A stretch of DNA of 64,000 nt from Chrysomallon squamiferum (Eukaryota > Animalia > Mollusca): NCBI GenBank assembly GCA_012295275.1, contig CM022670.1, forward strand, positions 26,350,001 through 26,414,000. Direction: 5' to 3'. A model generated the notes under the pieces. That model was not told where the DNA came from, made no database searches, and saw only the letters and a program-made list of their open reading frames with translations. Shown piece after piece: positions 60,026 through 64,000 of this stretch; position 1 is the stretch's first letter, and each line of letters begins with the position of its first letter. The position numbers were made by a program, and so were the translations under genes.

Positions 60026-60960
60026 TTGCTGATTTAGTTTTATTTGAATCTACGTTGTTTACATTTACACGAGTGTAATCTTGCAGTTAAAGTCGGTTCT
60101 CAGCCATTTATTGTACAGACACTTGTAAGTACGTGTTGTTTTAATCAGACACCCGTGTCACAGTACAAGTAGAGAAAGTTTTAAATGACAGAATTATATT
60201 TAATGAACAACAGCATTAGAGGAATAACTGTAATAATTTAAATAAATTTAACAACATTTACAACATTTTCATATCTACGGTTATCAATATATGATATAAT
60301 AGCATGATTGTTCATCACACAGATAAAGTGTAACAGTTCGTAACTCCTCGCTGTAGTTTTCACTCGAATACCTTTTTTGTGGTAACCATTCTACAGTATT
60401 TCTAGCTCATGTGCAAATTTTGTTTCTTTCCTGTACGCTGTAGTAATCACATTTTCTTTATGTAGTTATGAGCAACGTTGCTTTTTTCCTGATCATATTC
60501 AAATCAAGGTGTATATAAAATGACAGGAGAGTTATTTTTTTGGTAAAACAAACATACCTAATTTAATTAATCTTGCATGAAAGGAGTAAGTTAATAAGAA
60601 CACAGTATTAGCTAATATAAACAAAAATTATGATAATAGTAATAACAATAACAATAATAATGATAATTGTAATAATAATAATAACAATAATAAAAGTAAA
60701 AGTAATAATAATAATAATAATAATGACTTGTGAAGAAAGAAATTTAGGTAGATGAGTGTTTCATTTAGAAGGATTTTTTTTTTTTTTATCAAGATACCAA
60801 ATTGAATATATATATATTTTTTTATGCATTTCCTATAATTTATAATTAAATACTATTTCCGATATTACTACATGCACACAGCGGGGGGTGAGAGAGAGAG
60901 AGAGAGCGCATTACAAATAAAACTTTATACACGCATGCACATACTTCTGCTATTTTGTTC

Positions 60961-61082
60961 TGTACCTAAGGTGAACAGTCCCCCGGTAGCTCATTTTCAA
61001 GTATGAGTTCCCGTATTAGCCACACTGAGGTGGGGGTGTCATCACTCACCAGGTGACTCCTTGTCGCTGCATTTTAGGTACA
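60961..61082 (+). ncRNA. Unidentified 122-bp element, copy 3
   Basis: Identical to copy 2. Confidence 0.4.
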
Positions 61083-61236
61083 AAAAACATTCCTTATCTG
61101 TTTAAATTATGAAATATTTTTGATAAAGATTACTAGGTGAGGAATGATACCTATCAAAATTTTGTTCAAAGTATATGACTCAAAGAACTGATTTGAAAAT
61201 TATTTTAAACTTTTGTTTATTTATTTCATTATTTAC

Positions 61237-61271
<35 letters not shown>

Positions 61272-62269
61272 TTTTATTTATTTATTTATTTACCCACTTA
61301 CATACTTTCTTATTTATTTATTTATTTATTTACATCTTCAATTTTTAATTATTAATCAGTCATTTTTATTTATTTGCTTTTTTATGAACGTTTGTATTAT
61401 TTTATAACATTTATTTGCTTTTTTGTTCATTTTTATATCACATTAAATATTACAATATATATCCAATTTAGTTTCTAACAAGAAAAGTGTATACTATTCA
61501 TTTCGTAACTCATTAATAATATTTACCTACATTTCTCATTTCTTTTTTATATGAAGAAATTACAAAATTAAAATTAATATCTATTTTCCTTTTAACATTT
61601 CCCTTTCTTTTCACTCAATTATGAATTCATTGGTGTATCTATCCATTTCTGATTTACATTATTACATATTTTATGTCATGATAATTAAATGAAAAATAAA
61701 TGTAGTTATTTATTTAGTAAAAATTAAACCCTGTATTCTGAATAAAATACATGTTGTTTAATCAACGAATTTAATAAGATGCACAGAAATATATTTCTTT
61801 AATGACATAAACCATAAGTAGAGTTCTTGTGTCATACACTGTGAATAAATAGATTTAGAAGCGTCGACCTAAACATAAAAAATACTAAAACAATTTAGAC
61901 GCAGATTTATGCGGTTCATCAAAATAAAAGAAATCGGGTATTTAAAGATGATAAATATATATGCCAAGTTTCATAAAAGAATTCTAGACGCAAATTTCAA
62001 AAACTAAAAATCCGATTTTGAACCTTCCAACAGACAGTTGAGGTCAAGGCAGAGTCACGAAAGGTTACAGGCAAATTATTACTCGGCATGCATACCCTTC
62101 ACGAAACGCTGAATTTAAATATCTATCTAGAGTTAGAAATAATTACAAATACAACACTTAAAACAAACAATTAACTATTCTTTTACAAAAACAATATAAA
62201 ATAAAATCATATTACAATATTTAATTATTATTAATACCCATTTTAACACATCTCCACAAATATCTAAAC

Positions 62270-64000
62270 CACCCCTCTACATACCCACTACATCTTTCAC
62301 ATTAGCCTACATACCTGTCTTAACTCACATACACACTATCCTTCACACACACTCACACACGTACATAACAATACTCTCTCTCCAACACACAAACACAAAT
62401 ATCCACACTTTCTTACAAATGCACATCAACATATCCACTCCTCCTTCCACATTCGCATACATACCCACACTTCAATACACATACCCATGCACATTCTCTG
62501 TAACACATACGTTTAAATACCCATCCTCTCTTTCAAACACACACACACATATCCTCACGCTTTCTCAAACATGTACACGTATACATAGCTCCTTTCACAT
62601 TCACAACCATACCACCACTTGAACACACATAGCCCAATTGTCCATACATCGATGTACATACCCGTCCTCTCTCTCAAACACACAAACAAAAACACCCACA
62701 CTTACTCACAAATGCACACGTATATACCCACTCCTCCTTTCACATTCGCATGTATACCCACAGTTCACACGTATAGCCGTGCACACGCACACTCTTTCAC
62801 ACGCGCATGTATACACCCAGACTCTCTCTCAAACACACAAACACATATCTCCACACTTTCTCACACATGCACATGTATGCATCTACTCCTTCTTTCACAT
62901 TCACAAGCATACCACCACTTCAACACACATAGACATGCACGTACTCACAATTTTCGACAAACGCATGTACATATCAATCCTCTCTCTCAAACACACAAAC
63001 ACAAATACCCACACTTCAACACACATAGCCATGCACATGCACACTATCTTCCACAAACGCATGTTTATACCCATACTCTGTCTTCAACACATAAAAACAT
63101 ATACAAACACTTTCTTACACATACACACCTACATACACACTACTCCTTCCACATTCGCGTCCATGTCCACACTTCAACACACACGTCCATGCACACTCTC
63201 TTTAACACACACGTGGAAATATCCATTCTCTCTCTCAAACACACACGCACAAATACCCATACTTTCTCACACATCCACACGCATATACCCTCTCCTCATT
63301 TCATATTCCCATATATACCGAAACTTCAACACACAGCAATGCACATGCATACTATCTTCCACAGACACATGTTTATACCCAGCCTCTCTCTCAAACACAC
63401 TAACACAAATATCCACATTTTCTCACACATGTACACTTATATATCCACTCCTCCTTTCACATTCGAATGTATACCCACACTTCAGCACACATATCCTTGG
63501 ACATGCACACTATCTTACACACATGCATGTTTATACCCATCCTCTCACACAAACACAAATACCCACATTTTCTCACACATGCACACGTATATAACCACTC
63601 TACTTTTCACATTCTAAAGCATACCCACATTTCAACACACATAGCCAAACATGTCAACAAAATGTTCGACTCACGCATGTATATAGCCATCCTCTCTCTC
63701 AAACACACACACATACCCACACCTTCTTAGACATACACACGCATACACCCTCTCCTCTTTTCAGATTCGCATGTATACCCACACTTCAACACACATACCA
63801 TGCACGTGTACACTCTGTTACACACATGCATTTATATACCCATCCTCTCTCTCAAACACATAGCTCCACAGTTTATCACACATGTACACGTACATACCCA
63901 CTCATCCTTTCACATTCAGAATCATACCCACACTTCAACACACATAGCCATGCACGTGCACACACTTTTCCATATATCGATGTATATACCCATCCTTTAT
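62270..64000. repeat. Second copy of the CA-rich satellite, running off the window
   Basis: Collinear with 54570-57380. Confidence 0.9.

Overview
AT-rich, microsatellite-dense, intron-containing animal DNA. It is probably from a mollusc (gastropod-like), inferred from gene content and SINE fragments recalled from memory. Most ORFs in the supplied track are simple-repeat artefacts. Supported content: (1) the first coding exon of a secreted type-B carboxylesterase/neuroligin-like gene (- strand, 2828-3025). (2) Three six-exon METTL24-like (Methyltransf_22/FkbM-like) type-II membrane methyltransferase paralogs, reconstructed by hand: A (+, 12032-28889), B (-, 31444-34812) and C (+, 46819-49735). 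They show GC-AG introns, single-base frameshifts in A and B, and patchy near-identity between the inverted B and C. (3) Mobile DNA: a hAT-type MITE with a perfect 8-bp TSD, an internally deleted Tc1 remnant, and a Tc1-containing block repeated on both sides of gene C. (4) From about 52.5 kb, a complex tandem duplication with CA-rich satellites and three near-identical copies of an unidentified 122-bp GC-rich, self-complementary element in diverged flanks. This element is the best candidate for an undescribed structured RNA.
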